A stretch of 24,545 nt of DNA from Chlamydiota bacterium (GCA_039179045.1 JBCDEZ010000021.1:1-24545); one strand, 5' to 3'; shown: positions 1 through 9,271, numbered from the stretch's first letter. The notes: generated from the sequence alone by a model not told the origin. Numbers and translations are program-made.

Positions 1-737
1 CCTGGTTGGTCTGAAAATTTGATTTTTTCAACAAGGCCTATTTTTCATAAAATATACCCTCCATATTCTTCTTCCATAGGTTATTGCAGATGCCATAGTT
101 CCTATACTTTTTTAATCAAACTGATGAAGCTCACCTACATGGAGGCAATAAGAGCAGCTATAGCAACTCGAGTGCCGGGCATTTCTTTAAGAGAGCGACT
201 AAACCGCGAGAATCGCGTGCGAGAGGCGCAAGCTCCCTGTAGGCTGCTCGATTGGCATAACAGATCCATATCGTACAAAGGACGTATGGTGAGCTGGCGC
301 AAACTTCTACCAGTTTTTTGCTGGTTCATCACAAGCTGCTGCAATGTACTTTAACGAAAAATGCCCCTACTTTTTTCAAGAGGGAGATCCAATAACGAAA
401 AATTCTTGAACCGACGTTGTATTTTTTATTTGAAGGCTTCTTGGGTTTGATACAAACTTTCTGTTTGGCAATTCCAAATAAGCCTCCAAGAGGAGCAATA
501 TAGACCCTCACTCAGGTAAAAGTATTTTTTGAACAGCTCTAACCGATCTCTTGCTTTATTTTCTACAGTTGCTTGGAATGCAATTTAAAAGGAGGATACG
601 TAGTGAAGGCAGATCAATTCATGCAAATAAATAGAGGAGAGGCCCGCAATAGAGGACCTAGGAAAATCTCTCCCAGTCAGGGTCCAGATCGATGCAATCA
701 AAGCAAAAACCTACATTTTCCAGAAAAAGCCGATATC

Positions 738-2888
738 TCAAGCTCCATCAAAGAAACTACGGATCGCCACAACGCGGAGCTCCTCTTCTTGCAAGGGAAA
801 AGAATCTCCGATACGAAGACCCTCAAGAGTTTGAGCTAGCTTCGATTGGAAGGAGAGGACGTTCCTCTCAGGATCGGCATCCCAGGGCCCTAGTATTGTG
901 AAAGTAGAGCGCCTATTGTCGCCGTTCTCGCAATCGACAACAGCGCCAATGCCCACGTAATCTTGGGCAATATCAGCAGGAGTAATAACTCTTGCCTGCT
1001 CGATGGCTTCAGAAAGGGTGCGAAGCTCTGCCTGCAGGCGTGCTCTTTTCTCGAGGGCAAACTTGAACTCAGAGTTCTCTCGCAAGTCGCCGTGCGCTCT
1101 TGCCTCTTCAATCTCCTTCGCATTTTCTACGGTATCTACAGTAGCAATCTGCTTGATCTTATCCCGTACCTTCTGTAGGCCCTCTTCTGTTGTCCAAATG
1201 TAGCTTTCTGCCTCTTCTACCTTTTTCCGACTCTTTGAGAGCTCAGGATAGACCACCTCAGCCAGGGAATAGATGATTTTGATGTCATGATCTGAGAAGA
1301 GCTCGCACTTGGTCGAAAGGAGCAAAAATTCACGCACCTGCGCCAACGAAGATTCCCGCATGACATCGCGAATGACACGATAGCGTCCCTGTAAGAGAAT
1401 CTGCAGCATTTTTTTTCCAAGATCTTTGTGCTCTGCTTTCTTGGATAAGTGATCGAAAAGAATCAAAAAGGCTTCGAAAAAGAGAGGCCTTCCCGTAGGA
1501 GAGGCGTAGGGCAACGAGCTCTTTTTATCGAGAATTTTTTGAAAGTACCAGACAAAGACTTCTGGGTAAAGAAGAGGATGCTTGAGCAGTTCGGCGATCT
1601 TCTCTTCGATCTCTGCAGTCTCGTGCAGCTCCTGGAGGAGGTAATCCCGAATCGTATTCTGCTCCACAGCAAAAAGGAAAGAGAAGAAAAGCTCTTGCCA
1701 ATCCTCACGAACTGCGCGCATCAAAACAAGGGTCCGTTTTTTGAAAGAGATCACCTCAACGCTCCCCAAAAATGCGAGGGGATCCTCGAGAGAAACGATC
1801 AGATCTTCTGCCTCTTGCCTCTTGCCTTCCACTTTTAAATCCTCTAGAAAAAAAAGGAGTGAAAGGATCTCACCTTGGTGCAATCCCTCCTGTTGGAGGA
1901 GATCGGTGATCTTCTGAATCAAAGAACTCTTGAAATCTTGATTTTTCAGCGTCTCGGAAAAATCGCGCAAAAACCCGTAGACCATCTGGATAGTTTTTGG
2001 AACATCGGGTTTTTCTTCCAAGGCTTTGTAGAAAGCCACTTCGTGGGGGATCGCCTCTTCTAGGAGGGTGAAAGGCAATCGGAGATGTTTTGGACAGGCA
2101 ATGCGGGTATCTTTTTTCAGTTTGCTGCGGGTATTTTGCCACCAGCGATTCCAATCTTTTTCTGGTATGACCAGTTCGAAGAGTTCGTCTTTGATCTCGG
2201 CTGCCGTTTTAGGTCCGAGGTCTCGAAGCAAAGAGCGGAGCACTTCTGTCGGATTTTCTCTCGCCTGTTGTTCAAGAAGATCGGGATTGCCAAATCTGCG
2301 CGCTAAAAAGTGCTCCTTTTCAATGGGTATAAGGGTTTTGAAGGCATTAGCAAAAGAGAGGTGTTTGGTCCCAAGAACATGCTCGCATTCGAGAGCAAGT
2401 TCTTCGCGGATCATCGAGACTTCTAAGATCTCACTCGCTCCCCAGCCCCCACTGTGATAGACAAAATTTCCTTTGCTCATGTGCGTGAGCAGCTCATAGT
2501 TGCCGATTGCCCCTTGAAAGTTTTCTCCCAAGCGGAGACCAATCATCCGGATCTTCTCGCCAAAGTTGGTATCTTCTGGATATTTTTTTTGCAAAAATTC
2601 GAGAGCAACAGTATAAAGCGATTCAGAATGGCTAGTCTGAATCTGGAAAATGAGTTTCAAAATGTCGTGCGCATCTTGCGCCTTTTCGATTTTCTTCCAG
2701 AGAATGAGCCCCTTCTCGACGTGACTTCCGAAGGGAACTACTAGCGGAGAATTGCGCGCCTCTTGCAGAATTCTCCTGTATTCCTCGATATCGAACTCGT
2801 CGCTATAGCAGTATTCTTCCCATAATTGGAGAAATCCTGGATAGTCGTTTTTTTCTATTCTTTTGATGAAATCTGCGAGATAGGTCAT
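738..2888 (-). CDS. greA: Transcription elongation factor GreA, long chlamydial type (large N-terminal extension plus C-terminal GreA domain)
   Basis: 716-aa ORF. The C-terminus has the GreA signature EIEEARAHGDLRENSEFKFALE and FTILGPWDADPERNVLSFQSKLAQTL. The ~560-aa N-terminal extension is typical of chlamydial GreA. Confidence 0.95.
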   Translation of the reverse strand: MTYLADFIKRIEKNDYPGFLQLWEEYCYSDEFDIEEYRRILQEARNSPLVVPFGSHVEKGLILWKKIEKAQDAHDILKLIFQIQTSHSESLYTVALEFLQKKYPEDTNFGEKIRMIGLRLGENFQGAIGNYELLTHMSKGNFVYHSGGWGASEILEVSMIREELALECEHVLGTKHLSFANAFKTLIPIEKEHFLARRFGNPDLLEQQARENPTEVLRSLLRDLGPKTAAEIKDELFELVIPEKDWNRWWQNTRSKLKKDTRIACPKHLRLPFTLLEEAIPHEVAFYKALEEKPDVPKTIQMVYGFLRDFSETLKNQDFKSSLIQKITDLLQQEGLHQGEILSLLFFLEDLKVEGKRQEAEDLIVSLEDPLAFLGSVEVISFKKRTLVLMRAVREDWQELFFSFLFAVEQNTIRDYLLQELHETAEIEEKIAELLKHPLLYPEVFVWYFQKILDKKSSLPYASPTGRPLFFEAFLILFDHLSKKAEHKDLGKKMLQILLQGRYRVIRDVMRESSLAQVREFLLLSTKCELFSDHDIKIIYSLAEVVYPELSKSRKKVEEAESYIWTTEEGLQKVRDKIKQIATVDTVENAKEIEEARAHGDLRENSEFKFALEKRARLQAELRTLSEAIEQARVITPADIAQDYVGIGAVVDCENGDNRRSTFTILGPWDADPERNVLSFQSKLAQTLEGLRIGDSFPLQEEELRVVAIRSFFDGA

Positions 2889-2917
2889 GAATTTTTCCGG
2901 AGCTTCTTATGGAAAAA

Positions 2918-2946
2918 ATTGTATAACAAGGCAATAAAATCTTCAA
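2918..2946 (-). promoter_or_regulatory. Putative sigma66/sigma70 promoter of greA
   Basis: The minus strand reads TTGAAG-17 nt-TACAAT, and the -10 element ends 29 nt upstream of the greA ATG. Confidence 0.6.
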
Positions 2947-2983
2947 CATAAGGGTGTTTTTGCGAACAAGATTGTGGGGGAAA

Positions 2984-3148
2984 ATGTTCCGCAGACCTCT
3001 TGTTCCACTCGCCTTATCTTTACGAAAAACTCGAAAGGTAGTCACTCGGCGCAAAAGCGTAGATACAAAACTCATACTAGCTTCAAACAAGAGCGCAAAA
3101 GCCTTTCTCAGAAATTCTAAGTTCCGGCAAAATCCCCTAGAAACGTAG
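2984..3148 (+). CDS. Possible small basic protein / upstream ORF (54 aa)
   Basis: ATG at 2984 preceded by GGGGGA. The product MFRRPLVPLALSLRKTRKVVTRRKS...NPLET has 15 K/R against 2 D/E. I recognise no homology, so it may be non-coding. Confidence 0.25.
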   Translation: MFRRPLVPLALSLRKTRKVVTRRKSVDTKLILASNKSAKAFLRNSKFRQNPLET

Positions 3149-3159
3149 GGGATTTTGCC
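3126..3159. repeat. Perfect 14-bp inverted repeat (hairpin) just upstream of the YjbH-like gene
   Basis: GGCAAAATCCCCTA-gaaacg-TAGGGGATTTTGCC, with no clear U-tract on either strand. Confidence 0.85.
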
Positions 3160-3167
3160 TGCCTTAC

Positions 3168-5294
3168 ATGAACCGCCTTCCTTATCTCATCATCCTTTGC
3201 AGTCCGTTTCTGGGGTTTTCCTACGAAAGAGATGAATACGCAAAGACAGAGAGGCTGTTTGCCGATCTCGATCAAATCGAGAAGAAAGGGAAACAGGCAA
3301 AAAGGCTCTTGCCTAGTCACTACAACAACTGGGGGACTCTCGGCTACTTTGCCGTTCCCTCTGCCAACATGGAGTCAGAAGGGATGTGCGCGCTTAGCGC
3401 GACATTCCAAGATCGTATGCGGATCTACACCGCAACCTTGCAATGGCTCAGCCGCCTCGAAGTGCGCGGACACTACCTCACATTGCCCGATTGCTTCTCT
3501 GCAAGCGCCGGATGCAATACCCAGCAAAAGGGTGATACGAGAAGGCTTGCTAGCTTTAAATGGGCCCTTTTAGGGGAAGAAGACGACCTCAGTGCACTTC
3601 CAAATATCTCCCTTGGAGCAGAAGGCATTGTGGGAGATCGTGGCTACTCTACCTGGTATGGGGTGGCGAGTGGCGAGATCGCTCCAGCACATCTCGAGTG
3701 GAGCCTTGGTTGGGGTTGGGGACGCATTGCAGGTCCCTTTGCGGCTCTCCGTTGGTCTCCTTGGAGCCCAAACACTCTTTTCGATAGCACTCTTTCTCTC
3801 CTTTACGAATACCGCAATCGAGACAACATGCCCCGCTGCCCCCATTTTTCAGGGAGACAGCGCCACCTTTGGAATGCAGGGATTTCTCTGCAATCTTGGG
3901 ACATAGTTTCGCTAGATCTCTACGGAGATCAGGATCACAATTTCCGAGCACATGCAGCGATCCAATACAATCTCGGAACGGCAGAGGGGGTTTTTCCCAA
4001 ATTTCTCGATCCACCCCTTTGCTCTTCCACTCTCAATCGAGAGCCTTTGGGAGCGAAGCGAAGAGGCGCTCTTTTTGCACAAGAGTGCGCAGAGGCTCTT
4101 GAAAAGCAAGGGCTCGATCTCATGCGTGTCTCGAGATACCGCAATACCGTTTCACTACACGTGAGCAACCCTACCTACCGCCAAGAGCGCGTTTTGCGCA
4201 AGCGCATGATCGAAACAGTCGCTCCTCTTTGTCCGGAGGGCATTGAAGGAGTAAAGCTGGTTCTGGAAAGTAGCGGCATTCCCCTGCAACAGTACACTCT
4301 ACCCACGAAACTCTTTCGGGAAGAAACGATTCCTTCTGTTTTGCAAGAGACGTGCATTCCCATGGAGGAGATCACATTTTTCCCCTCATCTGAGACTCTA
4401 TCTTTGTATGTGAAAAACAAGCCCCTTTTGCTTTACACAATCCAGCCTATTTTCTCGAGCTATTTTGCCTCTTCTTCAGGGGATTTGAAATACGCAATTG
4501 GTATACGCACCACTTTGGATGGTGATTTCCGCTCCTTTTACTATGCGTGCGCGGTGAGCTACACGATCCAATCAAGCCCTTCAGAAATCGATTCGCTCGA
4601 TTTGGCGAACCCCTCTCAACTTGTCCACGTCCGCTCTGATCAGATTCTATATCGAAGATCTCACTCTCTGCATCTCGATCAAGGCTTTTTGCAAAAGAAT
4701 TGGAACTTGGGAAAGGGCTGTTTTATGAGGTGTAGCGCAGGTTACTTCGAGGTCGCGTACGCAGGAGTCGCAGCAGAAGCGCTGTTCTACCCTGTAGACG
4801 GCAATTTTTCTCTAGGAATCGAAGCGGCTTTACTCCGCAAAAGATCTTACCACGGCTTGGGGCTAACAAAACAGATCCGCAAATTCCAAGACTGTACACT
4901 CGTATACGTTCCCTACTACGGCCTGCAGTATTTTGGGAATATTCACTACAAAATCCCCGAACAGCAGATGCGTGTTGGATGCAAAGTGGGACAATTTCTT
5001 GCAAAAGATATCGGAGCCCGTTTCGAGGTGGACAAAACATTTCCGTCAGGATGGAACCTCTCTTTTTGGACGACGTTTACCAACGGCAAAGATCGGGCAA
5101 ATGGGAGACGCTACTTTGATAAGGGGATCGCATTTTCCCTACCAATGGACCTTTTTTTGAACAAAAGTAGCCGAAAAAAGTTGGGGTATTCTTTCCCCGA
5201 AAGAATTCGGGATGTGGGCGCGATTGCTGCGACAGGTATGCCTCTATATCCTACAATTTACGAAGAGCGGCTTGGCTGTCTTCTTGCGAATTAG
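3168..5294 (+). CDS. YjbH-family (exopolysaccharide/capsule-associated) outer-membrane beta-barrel protein
   Basis: 708 aa with a signal-peptide-like N-terminus. Motifs resembling YjbH/GfcD: NNWGTLGYFAVPSA, LPNISLGAEGIVG, LEWSLGWGWGR, GYFEVAYAGVAAEALF, GQFLAKDIGARFEV, YFDKGIAFSLP. Confidence 0.7.
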   Translation: MNRLPYLIILCSPFLGFSYERDEYAKTERLFADLDQIEKKGKQAKRLLPSHYNNWGTLGYFAVPSANMESEGMCALSATFQDRMRIYTATLQWLSRLEVRGHYLTLPDCFSASAGCNTQQKGDTRRLASFKWALLGEEDDLSALPNISLGAEGIVGDRGYSTWYGVASGEIAPAHLEWSLGWGWGRIAGPFAALRWSPWSPNTLFDSTLSLLYEYRNRDNMPRCPHFSGRQRHLWNAGISLQSWDIVSLDLYGDQDHNFRAHAAIQYNLGTAEGVFPKFLDPPLCSSTLNREPLGAKRRGALFAQECAEALEKQGLDLMRVSRYRNTVSLHVSNPTYRQERVLRKRMIETVAPLCPEGIEGVKLVLESSGIPLQQYTLPTKLFREETIPSVLQETCIPMEEITFFPSSETLSLYVKNKPLLLYTIQPIFSSYFASSSGDLKYAIGIRTTLDGDFRSFYYACAVSYTIQSSPSEIDSLDLANPSQLVHVRSDQILYRRSHSLHLDQGFLQKNWNLGKGCFMRCSAGYFEVAYAGVAAEALFYPVDGNFSLGIEAALLRKRSYHGLGLTKQIRKFQDCTLVYVPYYGLQYFGNIHYKIPEQQMRVGCKVGQFLAKDIGARFEVDKTFPSGWNLSFWTTFTNGKDRANGRRYFDKGIAFSLPMDLFLNKSSRKKLGYSFPERIRDVGAIAATGMPLYPTIYEERLGCLLAN

Positions 5295-5295
5295 C

Positions 5296-6306
5296 TCATA
5301 AATCCTCGAGAATCTGGTCAATCGCATAGGAAAAAATGAGATCGGCGCCTGCCCTTTTGACACTCATCAACGTCTCAAAAAACACCTCCCGTGCATCGAG
5401 CAGTCCCTGGGCATCTGCTGCCATCACCATGGTATACTCTCCACTGACATGGTAGGCTGCAACAGGGCGCAAGGTGCGCTTTTTGATCTCACAGATCACG
5501 TCTAGGTAAAGACTTGCCGGCTTGACGAGCAAAATATCAGCATGCTCTTCCTCGTCCAAAAGAGCCTCCAAAATGGCCTCTCGCCGGTTCGCGGGATTGA
5601 GCTGGTAGGAGCGTTTGTCACCGAAAGAAAGGCAAGAGCCGACAGCTTCTCGAAAGGGGTGGTACAAAGAAGAGGCATACTTCGCACTATAGGCGAGGAT
5701 GCCCACAGAAGAAAAACCTGCTTGATCGAGCGCTTTTCGGATGTGGGCAACGCGGCCATCCATCATGTCGCTAGGGGCAACTAGATGCGCGCCCGCCTCT
5801 GCATAGAGACAGGCCATTTTTCCAAGCACCTCTACAGTAGCATCATTTACGATCTTCCCCTCAAGAAAAAGACCATCATGGCCATGAATCGTGAAGGGGT
5901 CGAGAGCAACATCTGCAATGAATGTCGCCTCCGGAAATTCCTGGGAAAAGAGGCGGAGAGCTCTTGCAATCAGCGAATCTTGAGAAAGTGCCTCCTTCGC
6001 ATCCCACGACTTTTTCTCCTGAGGAACCTTGGGAAAAAGGGCAAAAGCATGTACACCCCGATCAAGATAAGAGCGGATGCACAAAAGCGCCTCATCAACC
6101 GAGTAGCGGTAGATCTGAGGCAAAGACGAGATGGGCTCACGCCGGTTGAGTCCCCCGGTCAAAAAAAGGGGTAGGGCAAAATCATTCTCCGTGAGGTGCG
6201 TCTCTCCGAATAATCGACGCAAAGAGGGGCTCGCGCGCAGTCGACGCATCCTAGTTGGAATTTGTAAAGAAGCTCCTGCCTCCGCTTTTACGCCTGTCAA
6301 CTGCAT
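5296..6306 (-). CDS. hemB: Porphobilinogen synthase (delta-aminolevulinic acid dehydratase)
   Basis: Motifs RMRRLR, DVALDPFTIHGHDG, APSDMMDGRV, YSAKYAS, LVKPA and AYHVSGEY. Start set at ATG 6306, which has AAGGAG upstream. Confidence 0.97.
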   Translation of the reverse strand: MQLTGVKAEAGASLQIPTRMRRLRASPSLRRLFGETHLTENDFALPLFLTGGLNRREPISSLPQIYRYSVDEALLCIRSYLDRGVHAFALFPKVPQEKKSWDAKEALSQDSLIARALRLFSQEFPEATFIADVALDPFTIHGHDGLFLEGKIVNDATVEVLGKMACLYAEAGAHLVAPSDMMDGRVAHIRKALDQAGFSSVGILAYSAKYASSLYHPFREAVGSCLSFGDKRSYQLNPANRREAILEALLDEEEHADILLVKPASLYLDVICEIKKRTLRPVAAYHVSGEYTMVMAADAQGLLDAREVFFETLMSVKRAGADLIFSYAIDQILEDL

Positions 6307-6452
6307 AATTTTTTCTCCTTTTCCCACGTTTTACGGGAAATTGGAGATTTTCTACACCTTTTTCCAAGCAGTTTTTCCAGGGAGTTTTTCCTTGATCCGC
6401 TCTTGAGAACTATGGCAGTCTTGTGGAAAACATTTCTTATAAAGAGGCTGAA

Positions 6453-8081
6453 ATGACGCAGAATTACGAAGAATTTACCGAAAGCCAAATCAAAATTTTA
6501 CATCAATTCGTCTCTAGCACAACTAGCAATGTTTTCGTTTTGCGCAATCTACCAGAAGTGATCAAAGGCGCCCTTTTTTCCCGCTACTCCCGCTCCACTT
6601 TGGGCTTGCGCTCTTTGCTTTTGAAAGAGTTCATCATGAATGAGGATACTTCATTTCAAGAGATTGCAGGCAAATATTCGTATGCAGAGCAAAATGATCA
6701 AATGCTTGCGATCAAAAAAGCGCAAAATTTTTATGATCGAATCTTAGACGGCTACGGAGATGATTCGATCGGTGAACTGGGGGGCGCTCACCTCGCGATC
6801 GAAAACATTTCGATGCTCGCAGCAAAATTTGTCGAAGATGCCCGGATCGGCGGATCTCCTTTGGAAAAATCGACGCGCTATATCTACTTCAACCAGAAAA
6901 TCCACGGAGAATACCCCTTCTACCAAGAGCCGATCCTCATGACCTCTGCCTACCGAGAGCTTTACTGCAGTACGTGCAACCACCTTTTCGATACCTATAG
7001 CCAGCTCATACCAGAGCTAACCGAAATCATCGAACAACAATTCCCGAAAAATCACCAGATCTCCCAGGCTGCTTACAAAGCCTCCTTGCGCGCGAAAGTA
7101 TTGGACTGTTTGCGAGGTTTACTGCCTGCATCGGCTCTGACAAATATGGGCGTCTTTGGCAATGGCCGCTTTTTTGAAACGCTCTTACAAAAAATGCAGA
7201 CGCAAAATCTAGCGGAGCTGGGCGACCTTGCTAAAACGGCACATGAAGAGCTCTCAAAAGTCATTCCCTCTTTCATCCGTAGAGCCGATGCAGAACACAA
7301 ATACTACGAAAAACAGGCCGAATTTCAAGAAGAGATGGAAAAAGAGCTGCAACAGCTTGCACTGAACCATCACGAAGAGGTAGGCAAGTGCAGCAGGCCT
7401 GGGGTACGCCTGATCGAATACGACCCGAACGCTTTGTACCGAGTTGCAGGCGCTCTCTTATTCCGCTACTCTTCAGGTTCTCTCGACCAGCTGACAGCGT
7501 TTGCCAAGGATCTGGACCAAGAAGAGCTGTTGCGGGTTTTAGACGCTGCTGCTATTCCTAGAGAAACCCGGAGGCACAAATCTCCGAGAGGCCTCGAGCA
7601 TGCCGAGTTCACGTTTGAAATTCTAGCCGATTTTGGCGTCTACCGGGATCTACATCGACACCGCTTGCTCACGCAAGAGCGGCAGCTACTCACCTGCCAC
7701 CACGGCTACTTTGTCCCCGCAGAAATTGTAGACACACCTCTTGAAAAGCCGTATGTCCAAGCGATGGATCAGGCAAAAGAGTCTTACAAGATCATCGCGC
7801 AAGAGCTTCCGGAAGAGGCACAGTACATCGTGCCGATGGCCTACAACGTACGCTGGTATTTCCGTGTCAATTTGCGCGCTTTGCAGTGGATCTGCGAGCT
7901 CCGCTCCTCTCCCGCAGGGCATCCAAGCTACCGGTACATCGCGCAGGAGATGGCAAGGCAAGTATGCGCACAAGAGCCCCACTTTGAACGCTTCTTCAAA
8001 TTTGTCGATTATGAGGGACATGATCTAGGGAGATTAGGGCAAGAAATCCGCAAACAAGAAAAGCTCGAGAAGCGTTTATGA
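6453..8081 (+). CDS. thyX: FAD-dependent thymidylate synthase ThyX, chlamydial tandem-domain form
   Basis: Motifs GALFSRYSRS, GYGDDSIGELG, ARIGGSPLEKSTRY, DLHRHRLLTQ and NLRALQWICELRS. At ~540 aa it is twice the canonical ThyX length. ATG 6453 has an AGAGG SD. Confidence 0.93.
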   Translation: MTQNYEEFTESQIKILHQFVSSTTSNVFVLRNLPEVIKGALFSRYSRSTLGLRSLLLKEFIMNEDTSFQEIAGKYSYAEQNDQMLAIKKAQNFYDRILDGYGDDSIGELGGAHLAIENISMLAAKFVEDARIGGSPLEKSTRYIYFNQKIHGEYPFYQEPILMTSAYRELYCSTCNHLFDTYSQLIPELTEIIEQQFPKNHQISQAAYKASLRAKVLDCLRGLLPASALTNMGVFGNGRFFETLLQKMQTQNLAELGDLAKTAHEELSKVIPSFIRRADAEHKYYEKQAEFQEEMEKELQQLALNHHEEVGKCSRPGVRLIEYDPNALYRVAGALLFRYSSGSLDQLTAFAKDLDQEELLRVLDAAAIPRETRRHKSPRGLEHAEFTFEILADFGVYRDLHRHRLLTQERQLLTCHHGYFVPAEIVDTPLEKPYVQAMDQAKESYKIIAQELPEEAQYIVPMAYNVRWYFRVNLRALQWICELRSSPAGHPSYRYIAQEMARQVCAQEPHFERFFKFVDYEGHDLGRLGQEIRKQEKLEKRL

Positions 8082-9271
8082 GTAGGAAAAGAAGCTATCC
8101 CATTTTGGGATCGAGTCTGTTCATTGCAGGCAGCTGCATTGGAGCTGGCATGCTCGCACTTCCAGTTCTTACAGGTCTCGCTGGCTTTTTCCCCTCTCTT
8201 GTGAATCTATGCATTGCTTGGGCATTCATGACGTACAGTTCTTGCTTAGTTCTCGAGATGAATTCCTGGTTCCCCAATAGAGTCAATCTCCTCTCGATGC
8301 TCGAAAAGGGGCTCGGGCCATGGGGAAAACGCCTCTGCTTTTTTTCCTACCTATTTCTTTTCTATACCCTTTGCGTCGCCTACATCGCAGCTAGCGGGCG
8401 CTTGATCGCACGCCTTTCTCCCGGGGAATGGTTCTCTATAGAGATCTCCTCATGCTTGTTTGTGCTGCTCTTAACCCCTTGTATTTACCTTGGAACCAAG
8501 GTCACCGATTACCTCAATCGCCTCCTCGTATTTGGTCTTTTTTTCACTTTTTTTTCCATGATCCTTTGGGGACTTCCTAATATCGATTTGCGCTATTTTC
8601 TGCATGTTGATGGCCGCTTCCTTCTCCTCTCTCTCCCCGTACTGGTCCTCTCTTTTGGCTTTCAAAATACGATCCCTTCCCTGAGCGCCTACCTCGAACG
8701 GGACTGGAAAAGCGTACAAACGGCCATTTTAGGAGGGAGCCTCTCTGTCTTGATCATCTACCTCCTGTGGCAGATCCTATTCATCGGGACCGTCCCTTTT
8801 GCAGGCAAATCGGGTATACTCGCTCTTTATGAGAGCCGAGAAGATGCGACAGCTCCTCTCTATTCTCTCGGAATCGGTTCTTTGTCTCAGGGATTTGCTT
8901 TTTTTGCGATCATCACCTCGTTCCTAGCGCAGAGTCTCACACTGGTCCATTTTCTAGCAGATGCCCTCCACGTCCCTTTGACGCGGAAAAATAGAGCATG
9001 GCTGAGCGCAGTGACACTAGGCCCTTCTCTACTCATTGCAATTAGCTATCCCCATATTTTTTACGAGGCGCTCCAGTTTGCTGGCGGATTTTGCGCTATG
9101 CTCCTTTTTGGAGTTCTTCCGGTAGGAGCAGTCTTTCGAGGACGTTATGTAGCAAAGATTCCTGCCTCTTACCGGGCGATTGGCGGGAAGGCAACGCTTG
9201 GGTGCGCAGGGATTTTCGCGCTCTTTCTTTTGATTCAAGAAATGGAGAAAATGCTCGGAGCATTCTTATGA
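8078..9271 (+). CDS. tyrP: Aromatic amino-acid (Tyr/Trp) permease, HAAAP family, copy 1
   Basis: Motifs IAGSCIGAGMLALP, SFGFQNTIPSL and FAIITSFL in a polytopic hydrophobic protein. ATGA overlap with the thyX stop. Confidence 0.88.
   Translation: MSRKRSYPILGSSLFIAGSCIGAGMLALPVLTGLAGFFPSLVNLCIAWAFMTYSSCLVLEMNSWFPNRVNLLSMLEKGLGPWGKRLCFFSYLFLFYTLCVAYIAASGRLIARLSPGEWFSIEISSCLFVLLLTPCIYLGTKVTDYLNRLLVFGLFFTFFSMILWGLPNIDLRYFLHVDGRFLLLSLPVLVLSFGFQNTIPSLSAYLERDWKSVQTAILGGSLSVLIIYLLWQILFIGTVPFAGKSGILALYESREDATAPLYSLGIGSLSQGFAFFAIITSFLAQSLTLVHFLADALHVPLTRKNRAWLSAVTLGPSLLIAISYPHIFYEALQFAGGFCAMLLFGVLPVGAVFRGRYVAKIPASYRAIGGKATLGCAGIFALFLLIQEMEKMLGAFL

Noticed and set aside
19..354. 111-aa + strand ORF as a real gene
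   Set aside because: TTG start without an SD and no recognisable domain, so it cannot be supported.
3126..3159. Intrinsic terminator or transposon end
   Set aside because: No U-tract on either strand, the flanking long genes are divergent, and I saw no transposase or second copy in the window.
9091..9267. N-terminal extension of the second tyrP in the ORF track
   Set aside because: It overlaps the first tyrP extensively. The family motif begins right after ATG 9268, which has an ATGA coupling.
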